Positions 55,417 through 64,000 of a stretch of 64,000 nucleotides of DNA are shown here, piece by piece. The notes beneath the pieces are model-generated. The model ran no database searches and had not been told where the DNA came from. It worked only from the letters and a program-made list of their open reading frames with translations. Origin of the DNA: Anaerolineales bacterium (GTDB taxonomy: Bacteria; Chloroflexota; Anaerolineae; Anaerolineales; UBA4823); NCBI GenBank assembly GCA_046259385.1, contig JBJYWI010000048.1:464-64463 (forward strand), in the 5' to 3' direction. The first letter of the stretch is position 1; every line of letters begins with the position of its first letter. The translations under genes and the position numbers were made by a program.

Positions 55417-56420
55417 TGAGCACCGATAAAATTGTACACGAACCGATCGTCCAGATCCAAAAGTTAAAGAAGTTATACCCTCTTGCCGGGGGTTTATTTA
55501 AGAAAGTAGATACTTTTATCCATGCTGTGGATGGGATCAGCTTTGACATCGCGGATGGTGAAAGCCTGGCTCTGGTGGGTGAATCCGGCTCTGGGAAGAC
55601 AACTACAGGCAAGCTTTTAGTCCGTCTGGTCGAGCCAACCAGCGGTGAAATTGTGATGCGCATCAATGGTTACGAGAAAGACATAGCCCGCCTGAAAAGT
55701 AGCGAATTGAAAGGTTTCCGCCGCCATGTTCAGATGATTTTTCAAGACCCTTACGAATCGCTTAATCCACGCCGGACAATTTTTGATACTATCGCAGAAC
55801 CCCTGGCAGTGCAGGGAATCGGAGATATTGCTGAGAGGGAACAATTAGTTGCCCACTACCTGGAACTTGTCGGGTTGATCCCACCAGAGACGTTTTTATT
55901 CCGTTACCCTCATGAACTATCAGGTGGACAGCGCCAGCGGATTGCAATTGCGCGTGCTCTAGTGGTTGTCCCGACATTTGTGGTTGCAGATGAACCAACA
56001 TCCATGCTGGATGTGTCAATTCGTACGGGGATAATGCACCTTATGCAGGATTTAGCCGAACAGATGGGTGTCACTTACCTGTATATCACCCACGACCTCG
56101 CGGTTGCGCGATACATGTCAAACAGGTTAGCTGTAATGTATCTGGGAAAAATTGTAGAGATGGGTGAAATGGAAGAGCTATTGAGAAATCCGCTCCATCC
56201 TTATACAAAGGCGCTTCTCTCTGCAGTTCCTGTGCCGGATCCGACAATTACCAGAGATGCGCCAAACATTATTGGCAGCATCGCAAAACCAATAAATCCG
56301 ATCCCGCGCTGCAGATTTTATGACAGATGCCCGGTTGCAGAAAAAGTTTGCGAGGAAAACGATCATCCACCACTAGATGATAAAGGGGCGGGACATTTAG
56401 CGGCTTGTTATCTGGTCTGA
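55416..56420 (+). CDS. Oligopeptide/dipeptide ABC ATP-binding protein (OppF/DppF-like)
   Basis: Start at M28 of the track ORF, overlapping the previous stop by 1 nt. [35 protein letters not shown]. Confidence 0.9.
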   Translation: MSTDKIVHEPIVQIQKLKKLYPLAGGLFKKVDTFIHAVDGISFDIADGESLALVGESGSGKTTTGKLLVRLVEPTSGEIVMRINGYEKDIARLKSSELKGFRRHVQMIFQDPYESLNPRRTIFDTIAEPLAVQGIGDIAEREQLVAHYLELVGLIPPETFLFRYPHELSGGQRQRIAIARALVVVPTFVVADEPTSMLDVSIRTGIMHLMQDLAEQMGVTYLYITHDLAVARYMSNRLAVMYLGKIVEMGEMEELLRNPLHPYTKALLSAVPVPDPTITRDAPNIIGSIAKPINPIPRCRFYDRCPVAEKVCEENDHPPLDDKGAGHLAACYLV

Positions 56421-56595
56421 TCAGAATTTCTTAGAAAATTCCGCTTGATGAGCAAACTATCGGGCGGGTTCTGCCCAATTCATCCCCAGGAAGTATCATT
56501 TCCTATTAATACTGCAATATTGTCACCCATATTTTCTATATGTTACAATTCAATGCCCTGGTAAAGGGATTTTTTGGCAAAATTAATGCAAATTT

Positions 56596-56668
56596 AGGGG
56601 CGTGGTGTAAAGGTAGCACAGCGGTCTTTGGAACCGTATGTCCTGGTTCGACTCCGGGCGCCCCTGCC
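56596..56668 (+). tRNA. tRNA-Gln (anticodon UUG)
   Basis: Hand-folded cloverleaf. Acceptor AGGGGCG/CGCCCCU. U8. D-arm GUGU-AAAGGUA-GCAC. Anticodon arm GCGGU-CUUUGGA-ACCGU. T-arm CCUGG-UUCGACU-CCGGG. Discriminator G followed by CC; the terminal A is not encoded. Confidence 0.85.
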
Positions 56669-56878
56669 TGATCCGCCCAAGTCAGGTTATCGCGTGGAAG
56701 AAGCTGACAGTAATCTATCAATTTTACAAAACTGGAAAAAACTACCCTTGTCCGTTTCTATACCAAAGTTGCGGTTTGTTTCCGGTTTCTTTTTTTTAAA
56801 CAAGCTTTTGAGTTCAGGGTGGAATTGTTTGGTTGGTTTTCCAGGGTTTACCTCGTCTAATTATCTTTTAGGTGATTT

Positions 56879-58231
56879 ATGGTCACAACCTCAGTAATCT
56901 TGGCGGCAGGTCAGGGAACCCGAATGAAATCTTCCCTGCCAAAGGTGCTTCATACACTGCTCGGGGTGCCGATTATCGATTATACATTGGAGGCGGCCGC
57001 AGCAGTCTCCAATGAACCACCGGTCGTAGTTGTTGGTGCTGAATCGGAATTAATTCGCGAAAGAATTGGTGAGAGGGGACGCTTCGTTACCCAAGAAACT
57101 CAGCTTGGAACGGGTCATGCAGTTCTGCAGGCTGAAGATCTGCTTAAAGGAAAATCGGACCAGATTCTGGTTACCTATGCGGACATGCCGCTGCTTTCAG
57201 CGGAAACCCTTATAAGGTTGGTGAATGAGCAGTCTAAAAAAAATGGTCCTTTCACAATGCTCACGATGGTTTCAGAGGACAGCAGAGGTTTTGGCAGAAT
57301 TCTTCGGGATAGGCACGGTAAAATCACCGCAATTGTTGAAGAGGTCCAGGCGACCCCGGAACAATTGTTAATCAAAGAGTTGAACGTAGGGGCTTACTGT
57401 TTTAACGCTGAATGGTTGTGGGAGAGTCTTAAGAAGATTCCACTTTCACCAAAAGGAGAATATTATCTGACCGACCTGGTGGACATTGCGGTTAAAGATA
57501 ACCTTCCTGTGACTTCCGTCCAGTTGGAGAATCCTGAGGAGGCAGTTGGAATTAATAACCGGATTCACCTGGCTGAGGCTGATGGGATTCTTCGGTCAAA
57601 AGTCAACCGTCAGTGGATGCTTGCCGGTGTAACAATTGTGGACCCCGGGAGAACGTATATTGAACGGAATGTCAATATTGGGTCGGATACTACACTCCTT
57701 CCGGACACATACCTTCTTGGAGAGAGTGTGGTCGGATCGGAATGTATCGTGGGACCGAATTCTTTAGTAAGGGATTCAATTGTAGGGGATAATTGTAGAA
57801 TATACGCTTCAGTTGTGGAGGGGGCATATGTCGAAGATGAGGTCAGCATTGGTCCATTCAGCCATTTGCGGAAAGGAGCGCGCCTTTCAAGAGGGGTTCA
57901 CATAGGGAATTTTGGGGAAGTTAAGAATTCAACCCTTGGTCCGGATACCAAAATGGGTCATTTTTCATATATTGGCGATGCAACAATAGGTGAGAAAGTA
58001 AATATTGGGGCAGGCACAATTACTTGTAATTTTGATGGCGTCAGGAAAAATCTTACCGAGATTGAGGATGATGTTTTTATTGGCAGCGATACGATGCTGG
58101 TCGCGCCAGTGAAAATTAAAAAAGGATCCAGAACAGGCGCTGGATCAGTGGTTACTAAAGACGTCCCGCAAAAAACCGTTGTTGCTGGTGTACCGGCGCG
58201 TGCAATACGTAAAGTGGAAGAAGATGATTGA
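56879..58231 (+). CDS. glmU: Bifunctional UDP-N-acetylglucosamine pyrophosphorylase / glucosamine-1-phosphate N-acetyltransferase
   Basis: 450 aa with ILAAGQGTRMKSSLPKVLH and a C-terminal left-handed beta-helix hexapeptide region. Confidence 0.92.
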   Translation: MVTTSVILAAGQGTRMKSSLPKVLHTLLGVPIIDYTLEAAAAVSNEPPVVVVGAESELIRERIGERGRFVTQETQLGTGHAVLQAEDLLKGKSDQILVTYADMPLLSAETLIRLVNEQSKKNGPFTMLTMVSEDSRGFGRILRDRHGKITAIVEEVQATPEQLLIKELNVGAYCFNAEWLWESLKKIPLSPKGEYYLTDLVDIAVKDNLPVTSVQLENPEEAVGINNRIHLAEADGILRSKVNRQWMLAGVTIVDPGRTYIERNVNIGSDTTLLPDTYLLGESVVGSECIVGPNSLVRDSIVGDNCRIYASVVEGAYVEDEVSIGPFSHLRKGARLSRGVHIGNFGEVKNSTLGPDTKMGHFSYIGDATIGEKVNIGAGTITCNFDGVRKNLTEIEDDVFIGSDTMLVAPVKIKKGSRTGAGSVVTKDVPQKTVVAGVPARAIRKVEEDD

Positions 58232-59507
58232 AATGCTGTTTATTATCCCTGGGTTGCTTATTCTTTTTGTTTTTGACCTGCTCACAATTGGAGTTCGTTC
58301 CGCTTATACCCAGGCAAACCCGGCTCGATTACTTGGAATGCGGGAAGAAATGGAATCTGCTGTGAACCGGACCCTCAGTTTTATACCGCTGCCGCTGCGC
58401 TTGAAAGCAAGTATCAGCATGGTTCTGGTTCTGGCACGATTTGGAACAGCAGGTTTGCTCCTGCTATTAATTTCGTTCCTTTTTCCTGCGGCGGATTACC
58501 TGGCAACGGCGGGTGTATTGCTGCTGGGCGGATTACTGCTTTTTGGAGTGGAATGGGGAATTGACAGGCTGGCTTCTAACAATCCGGAATTATGGTCTAT
58601 TCGATTTAATTTTTTCATCAAGTATTTGATTACACCGCTTTCATTTATTTTTACCGCATTTGGAGTTAAGGGACAAGTTGAATCGTCGGGCGAAACTATT
58701 TACCAGGTGACTGAAGACGATCTCAAATCCCTTGTGGATGCGGGTGAAGAGGATGGGGTGTTCGAACATGAAGAGCGCAGGATGATATATTCAATATTCC
58801 AGCTGGGCGATACCCTTGTACGGGAAATCATGGTGCCGCGTATCGATATCCTTACACTTGATGTAAATACGCCGCTCCCTGATGCAGTTGATGCATTTAT
58901 TTTTTCGGGGCACTCCAGGGTGCCTGTTCACGAGGAAACGGTTGACAATACCCTTGGATTACTTTATGCCAAGGACTTATTGAAGGTGTGGAGAGAGGGG
59001 AAACAATTGGAGACTTTGAAGGATTTATTGCGCCCAGCCTATTTTGTTCCCGAAGCGAAGAAAGTCGATGAACTGCTGGTTGAACTGCAAAACCAGCGCA
59101 TTCATATGGCTGTTGTGGTGGATGAATATGGTGGGATCGCCGGTCTAGTTACACTCGAGGATATTGTTGAGGAGATTTTTGGCGAAATTCAGGATGAATA
59201 TGACCAGGGTGAAGAATCGCCGTATCAAATTACCGCTGAAGGCGATTATCTGTTTATGGGGCGCATCGACCTTGATGATTTTAATGAGATCATGGATTGC
59301 CAGTTGCCGACTGATGAAGCGGATACCCTGGGAGGGTACATCTATAGCCAGCTTGGACATGTACCGAGCGTTGGAGAAAGCGTGGAAAATGAGAGCATAA
59401 TATTGACCGTTGAGCAGGTAAGCGCGCGCCGGATCAGAAAAGTGCGGGCGCTTAGGCTCCCAAATGGTGAAATTGAAGCGAGGAAAGAGAAACGTGTTGA
59501 CGGATGA
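58224..59507 (+). CDS. CNNM/CorC-HlyC family membrane protein (DUF21 + CBS pair + CorC_HlyC)
   Basis: Start at M16 of the track ORF, overlapping the glmU stop. CBS-pair region VREIMVPRIDI...VVVDEYGGIAGLVTLEDIVEEIFGEI. Confidence 0.85.
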   Translation: MIEMLFIIPGLLILFVFDLLTIGVRSAYTQANPARLLGMREEMESAVNRTLSFIPLPLRLKASISMVLVLARFGTAGLLLLLISFLFPAADYLATAGVLLLGGLLLFGVEWGIDRLASNNPELWSIRFNFFIKYLITPLSFIFTAFGVKGQVESSGETIYQVTEDDLKSLVDAGEEDGVFEHEERRMIYSIFQLGDTLVREIMVPRIDILTLDVNTPLPDAVDAFIFSGHSRVPVHEETVDNTLGLLYAKDLLKVWREGKQLETLKDLLRPAYFVPEAKKVDELLVELQNQRIHMAVVVDEYGGIAGLVTLEDIVEEIFGEIQDEYDQGEESPYQITAEGDYLFMGRIDLDDFNEIMDCQLPTDEADTLGGYIYSQLGHVPSVGESVENESIILTVEQVSARRIRKVRALRLPNGEIEARKEKRVDG

Positions 59508-59904
59508 GCAGCGAGAAAGCCTGATTATGGCAGCCCGTGAAGCCAGGAGATGGGCTTATGCGCCGTATTCAAAATATTATGTCGGCGCTGCGTTGCTGGC
59601 TGTATCAGGTGAAATTTATGACGGAGTTAATGTAGAAAATGCCGCTTACCCGACCAGCATGTGCGCTGAACGTACAGCAGTTTTTAAAGCTGTATCTCAG
59701 GGTGAGCGAAAATTTCTTGCGATAGCTGTTGTTACCGAAAACGGCGGTTCGCCATGCGGATCCTGCCGCCAGGTTCTCGCGGAATTTGGTTCGGATATCG
59801 TTGTTTTAATTGCGGATGAAACCGGTAAACTTATTAATGAGTCAAAACTAAGCGACCTTCTGCCGGGGGCATTTGGTCCAGAACATTTGGCGGGAAATAA
59901 ATAA
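59464..59904 (+). CDS. cdd: Cytidine deaminase
   Basis: CAERTAVFKA and PCGSCRQVL zinc motifs. The real start may be GTG 59494. Confidence 0.88.
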   Translation: MVKLKRGKRNVLTDEQRESLIMAAREARRWAYAPYSKYYVGAALLAVSGEIYDGVNVENAAYPTSMCAERTAVFKAVSQGERKFLAIAVVTENGGSPCGSCRQVLAEFGSDIVVLIADETGKLINESKLSDLLPGAFGPEHLAGNK

Positions 59905-59909
59905 ATTTG

Positions 59910-61097
59910 TCAAGGTGTTGGGGTGGGGGTGATATTTTCAATCAGTGACTGCCAAATCCAGCCCTCTTTACCATCCGGAAGCAAAACCTTTACCCAGGAT
60001 ACGCCTTCAAATTCATTTTGAGAATCTGGCAGTAGTATAACGACGGTGTTGTCTGCAATAAAGCCAATTGTAGTACCGCCTGGTTCAGTGCGGATGCGAG
60101 CGCCGTCGGTTGAGCGCACAACCACAAACACTGGTGTTGCTGTTGGTGTCGGTGTGCTGGTGGGTGTTCTGGTGGGTGTTGATGTAGAGGTTGTAGTGAA
60201 GGTTGGGGTGGGCGGAACAGGCGTTGGCGTTTCGGTTGCGGTTGGGGTTATGGTTGGAGTTGAAGTGGGAACAGGTGTGGGAAGGCCGATTTTTGCTCCG
60301 TAGACCGCGCCAATACCTCCAAATCCAATAAACATGATCACACACAACATACCTATGACTGCGCCGAGCGAATATCCGAAAAGAGTTAAGGGTCGGAATC
60401 CCAAAACTGCCAGCGTTACCGCTCCTAGAATGACTGCGAACGCTAGATGGATTGAAAAAACAACCAGACCATCATAAACCAGTCGGGTTGCGTCAATACC
60501 GAATCCGAACCCAGCGGTAACAAGCGGCAGGTATAGTTCATATGCAAGGGCAACGCTTGGCAGTGCCAAACGGGGGAGTGAATCTTTCTGGCTGCTGCGG
60601 GCAATAGCGATGGTTGTCAGAATTGCTGAAACAGCGAGCACAAAAAAGTCTGTCCATGACAGCAGCGCCTGATTGTAAAGTTGGTTAAATTCAATTGGCA
60701 GCCAGTTCGTGATAGCGTATGCCGCCAGCCAGCCTGAGGAAAACGCGAATATAGATCCAATCAGCAAGCCTACCAGACTTTTTAGGAAATAAGGGACAGA
60801 GCCAATAACAGTGCCCAGCGATATCCCCACTAGTGGAGCCATCAGAGGCGCCAGGCTTGCGCCAAGGACCAATAGTGCGGGTTCGTTGAACAAAATACCC
60901 GAACTCATCACCAATCCTGCCACAAGTGAAAACAGGAAAAAGTCGACTGAAGGAGCAGCTCTTCTGGCTACCAGATCAAGCAGTTTAGCCTGTTCGTCCG
61001 CTTCCAATGGGGCTAGAATGCGCCTTGCGCGCCGGCGACGGGCTGGCGGTAAGTTATCAGGATCGTCGGGATATTGTTCTATATTTGGTATATTCAT
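59910..61097 (-). CDS. DUF389-like polytopic membrane protein with Pro/Thr linker and C-terminal SH3b-like domain
   Basis: 395 aa. LGASLAPLMAPLVGISLG is DUF389-like. The TP-rich stretch is followed by VVRSTDGARIRTEPGGTTIGFIADNTVVILL...WVKVLLPDGKEGWIW (SH3b-like). Confidence 0.6.
   Translation of the reverse strand: MNIPNIEQYPDDPDNLPPARRRRARRILAPLEADEQAKLLDLVARRAAPSVDFFLFSLVAGLVMSSGILFNEPALLVLGASLAPLMAPLVGISLGTVIGSVPYFLKSLVGLLIGSIFAFSSGWLAAYAITNWLPIEFNQLYNQALLSWTDFFVLAVSAILTTIAIARSSQKDSLPRLALPSVALAYELYLPLVTAGFGFGIDATRLVYDGLVVFSIHLAFAVILGAVTLAVLGFRPLTLFGYSLGAVIGMLCVIMFIGFGGIGAVYGAKIGLPTPVPTSTPTITPTATETPTPVPPTPTFTTTSTSTPTRTPTSTPTPTATPVFVVVRSTDGARIRTEPGGTTIGFIADNTVVILLPDSQNEFEGVSWVKVLLPDGKEGWIWQSLIENITPTPTP
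60132..60281 (-). repeat. Low-complexity Pro/Thr-coding tract (about 50 codons)
   Basis: PTPVPTSTPTITPTATETPTPVPPTPTFTTTSTSTPTRTPTSTPTPTATP. On the plus strand it appears as GGTGTTG/GGTGGG-rich degenerate repeats. Coordinates are approximate. Confidence 0.7.
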
Positions 61098-61564
61098 TTT
61101 CGCAGGCTGGCTACTAAACGCAGCGGATTCTGGAGCAGGCCAAAAGCGGAATAAATATCCGGCACTATCAGGTCAGCTGAATTTAAGGTTTCAAGGGCAG
61201 TACCTTCGGTAGAAAAAATGCATATACCGATTGCAGATAATTCCAACATGAGAGCGTCATTTGCCCCCTGACCAATAGCAACAACCCGGTCAGAACCCAG
61301 TGCTTCTACGTAATCAGCTTTTTGCCTCTGTTCATCTCCTGGTTGTACCCGGACTGCTTTAAAATTTAATTTCTGGTCGATCAGTTTCTGGCGACCATGT
61401 GTATCGGCGGTCAATAAATGGATTTCCAGGCGGTCTTTGAGATCACCTATTTTACGCGCAATCCCCTCGATCAACTCTCCGTCAATTGCGATTGTTCCGT
61501 TCACATCGCATACAAGATGCTCCAGGAAAATGGCTCCGCGTCCGGGGATGTTGACCTCAATCAT
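61094..61564 (-). CDS. HAD-superfamily hydrolase (soluble P-type-ATPase-like, COG4087-type)
   Basis: 156 aa. LVCDVNGTIA (DxxGT-like nucleophile motif) and GQGANDALML (GDGxND-like). Stop overlaps the next start. Confidence 0.7.
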   Translation of the reverse strand: MIEVNIPGRGAIFLEHLVCDVNGTIAIDGELIEGIARKIGDLKDRLEIHLLTADTHGRQKLIDQKLNFKAVRVQPGDEQRQKADYVEALGSDRVVAIGQGANDALMLELSAIGICIFSTEGTALETLNSADLIVPDIYSAFGLLQNPLRLVASLRK

Positions 61565-61639
61565 GAACCTATTATAACCCCATCAACTCGTGTAAAATAG
61601 GGGAGTTAAATTCAGCGTTCTGAATGATTGTGGATAATT

Positions 61640-62716
61640 GTGAAAATCTCTAAGTTTGGATCTATTGGTCTACTCATTGTTTCCCTGTTTGTTTTTGCTG
61701 TGTGGACTGTGGGCTGTTCTTCTTCACCATCAAGTGAAGAGATCGCGATAACTGGAACTGTAACCGAAACTATGATACCAACCGCCACATTGGCTCCAGT
61801 TCCAACGTACACTCTGCCTCCAAACAAAATCTTGTTATATATAGGTGCTGGTTCGAATCCGGATCTCGCTGGGCAGTTAGAGAGCGAACTAGCAAAGCTT
61901 GCTGGTGAAAGCGGGTATTTCCTTGAAAGGATCTCTGACCCGATCGAATCATCTCTGCAGGGAGATGTTCGGCTTGTAGTTGTATTAGCGCCATTTGACG
62001 GCTTGAATAACCTGGCATTAAGCTATCCACAGATTCAATTTCTGGGAGTCGGGATTTCGGATGCTAACCCTTCGAACAATCTAAGTGTTGTGAGATCTGC
62101 TCTCAGCCGACCGGACCAGCAGGGATTCATAGCAGGTTACCTTGCCGCTGTGTTGACTAATGATTGGCGCGTTGGAGTGATAAGCCGTGCTGATACACCC
62201 GAAGGGAAAGCAGCCCGAAATGCGTTCATCAAAGGTGTTGTATTCTTTTGTGGTCTTTGCCGTCCGGTCACTCCGCCTTTTTACCAATACCCACTTTTCT
62301 ATGATCTCGCTGGTGAAGCGGGCGAGGGGGAACAACAAGCTTCCGCAGATTTTTTAATCAGTCAGGAAGTTAAAACCGTATATGTTTTTCCGGGGTCGGG
62401 GAGTAATTTCCTGCTTGAATACCTGGCCCAGAATGGAGTTAATATTATTGGGGGCGTTACTCCACCCGAAACCACTATGAATAACTGGATTGCTTCCATT
62501 CAGGTTGACCTGCTGGAAGCAGTGAAAGTGTTGTGGACGCGCATTTTGAATGGAGAATCTGGCATCGATCTGAACGCGCCTTTATACATTACACAAAGAA
62601 ATGAGCTGCTATTCAGTCCGGGCAGGCAGCTGCATGTGGATAAGGTTCTTGATGACCTCCTGGATGGATATATTGATACCGGGATTGATCCCTTAACTGG
62701 TGAGGATATTTATTAA
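61640..62716 (+). CDS. Divergent BMP/PnrA-like lipoprotein
   Basis: Start moved to GTG (V5 of the track ORF), giving VKISKFGSIGLLIVSLFVFAVWTVGC with lipobox. GFIAGYLAAVLT matches the BMP-family hallmark. The rest is diverged. Confidence 0.6.
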   Translation: MKISKFGSIGLLIVSLFVFAVWTVGCSSSPSSEEIAITGTVTETMIPTATLAPVPTYTLPPNKILLYIGAGSNPDLAGQLESELAKLAGESGYFLERISDPIESSLQGDVRLVVVLAPFDGLNNLALSYPQIQFLGVGISDANPSNNLSVVRSALSRPDQQGFIAGYLAAVLTNDWRVGVISRADTPEGKAARNAFIKGVVFFCGLCRPVTPPFYQYPLFYDLAGEAGEGEQQASADFLISQEVKTVYVFPGSGSNFLLEYLAQNGVNIIGGVTPPETTMNNWIASIQVDLLEAVKVLWTRILNGESGIDLNAPLYITQRNELLFSPGRQLHVDKVLDDLLDGYIDTGIDPLTGEDIY

Positions 62717-63129
62717 ACCCTGATTTCTAATCTATTAAAAAATGAAATGAGGTATACTTATTTTGCGATTACAATCAACAAATTTTGGATGTAATAAACC
62801 AGGAATCCCCAAATATTTCATGCGTTCTAATGATGGATAATATAAATATACATTGTGTTTCTTGCATTACACAACACAGTAGTACAATGTTTTTATTAAT
62901 TAAATAAGTAAAAATTGTGATAGATCAACCATAGGTGTCAAATTTTGCACAACTAGAGTAGTTCGTAAAAAAATGTATAGAATGACATATTGAATGTAAG
63001 CTGTAAATATGGAAAAAGGGTAATATGGTCTAGATAATGAAAGGAGGAAAATAAGAAAAAGGAATTTTGTATTAAAGAACTGTGCATATGAAAAAATCCT
63101 AGAATACAATTTTTGGAGGAGATGCATCC

Positions 63130-64000
63130 ATGGCTAAAAAACTTTTCTTTGTATTATCGTTGTTGGTTGTAGGGGCGATGTTGTTCACCGCCTGCGCACC
63201 ACAGACAGTGGTAGAGACTGTCGAGGTTGAGAAAGTAGTCGAAAAAACAGTCGAAGTTGAAAAAGTAGTTGAGGTTGTTGAGACCGTAGAGGTTGAGAAG
63301 GTTGTCGAAGTGCAGGTCACGGAAGAGCCAACGGAAGTGCTGAGAGTTGGATACGTTACGGACACCGGTGGAATTGATGACAAGAGCTTTAATACTGCTC
63401 AATGGAAGGGTATAGAGAAGGCGGAGGAAGAGGGAATTGCAGAGGCGCGCTTCATTCAATCCGATGAAGCCACGCAGTATGAACCAAACCTGACCGAGTT
63501 CTCCAGCCAGGGCTACGACCTGGTAATCGCTTCCGGCTTTTTCTTGGGTGGCGACCTTGCCAAAGTAGCAGCCCAATTCCCGGATGTAAAATACTCTATC
63601 GTGGATTACACCTACCCGGATCCATTTGGTGTTCCTGAAGGTGTTGTTGGTAATGCTGAATGTATCCCCAACGTTATGGGGCAAGTCTTCAAGACCGACC
63701 AGGCGGCTTTCTTAGCAGGGTATCTGGCTGCAGGTATGACCAAAACTGGCAAGATCGGCTACTTTGGGGGAGCCAAGATCCCGACTGTTACGATCTTCGG
63801 AGTGGGCTACCAGATGGGTATGGAATATTACAACGAAGTGCATGGAACGGAAGTGGAGCTGATCGGCTGGGACAACGAGACCGGTGAAGGATTGTTTACA
63901 GGCGACTTTGTAGATCTGACGAAGGGTAAGGAAGCGACTGAGTCGCTGTTTGATGAGGGGGCGGACATCTTCATTCCCGTTGGTGGCCTGATCGGATCTC
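63130..64000 (+). CDS. BMP-family (PnrA-like) ABC substrate-binding lipoprotein, 3' end beyond window
   Basis: Absent from the track because it leaves the window. GGAGGAG SD. MAKKLFFVLSLLVVGAMLFTAC lipobox. VEVEKVV-repeat linker. LRVGYVTDTGGIDDKSFN and QAAFLAGYLAAGMTKTGKIGYFGG. Antisense track ORFs 63099..63383 and 63154..63684 are rejected. Confidence 0.85.
   Translation, partial: MAKKLFFVLSLLVVGAMLFTACAPQTVVETVEVEKVVEKTVEVEKVVEVVETVEVEKVVEVQVTEEPTEVLRVGYVTDTGGIDDKSFNTAQWKGIEKAEEEGIAEARFIQSDEATQYEPNLTEFSSQGYDLVIASGFFLGGDLAKVAAQFPDVKYSIVDYTYPDPFGVPEGVVGNAECIPNVMGQVFKTDQAAFLAGYLAAGMTKTGKIGYFGGAKIPTVTIFGVGYQMGMEYYNEVHGTEVELIGWDNETGEGLFTGDFVDLTKGKEATESLFDEGADIFIPVGGLIGS

Noticed and set aside
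56536-56897. ORFs 56536..56721 (-) and 56628..56897 (+).
   Set aside because: Both overlap the well-folded tRNA-Gln gene and its flanks. Their translations have no recognisable features.
60110-60290. Degenerate GGTGTTG/GGTGGG tandem repeats that might suggest a CRISPR array or satellite.
   Set aside because: There is no spacer/repeat periodicity. The tract is the in-frame Pro/Thr-rich linker of the minus-strand gene 59910..61097.

Overview
64 kb of chromosomal DNA with moderate GC. It has no rRNA, CRISPR array, transposase or integrase. Gene content suggests a Chloroflexota/Anaerolineae-like organism: V/E/T-rich linkers after lipoprotein lipoboxes, many FHA/vWA membrane proteins, and a bacterial Stay-Green homolog. 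That assignment is an inference, not a computed result. I support about 58 protein genes and one tRNA-Gln(UUG). Housekeeping genes include fabF, folE, degV, gcvPA/PB, mobA, maf, a PBP2-like transpeptidase, rsgA, an ECF sigma factor, an Opp/Dpp-type peptide ABC operon, glmU, cdd, and BMP-family lipoproteins. The most interesting stretch is about 10.7-29.8 kb, which looks like a light / photo-oxidative-stress supercluster. It contains a MerR/B12-binding regulator with the CarH photoreceptor motifs (Wx9EH, ExH). It also contains two sites, each made of three exactly phased 11-bp direct repeats fitting the CarH operator consensus nAnnTnn(A/G)CAn, and each overlapping a TTGACA -35 box in front of a long co-directional gene array (12625-12657 and 20957-20989). 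The arrays encode an Fe-S (6-4)-photolyase-type protein, a class I CPD photolyase, a CrtI-family desaturase with SDR and SRPBCC partners, and an AttEFGH-like exporter with a CrtC/AttH lipocalin. They also encode an unannotated UxxC selenoprotein of the peroxiredoxin-like/redoxin fold, whose in-frame TGA at 28010 is followed by a SECIS-like hairpin. A Stay-Green (Mg-dechelatase family) homolog sits directly next to an SDR that resembles chlorophyll b reductase (NOL). Secondary items are a membrane-anchored RdhA-like protein, a convergent vWA-TM-FHA / pseudo-PP2C membrane pair, a gcvP locus with unusual partners, a homopolymer frameshift, and a tiny hydrophobic ORF. All family assignments come from motifs read by eye; no database searches were run.
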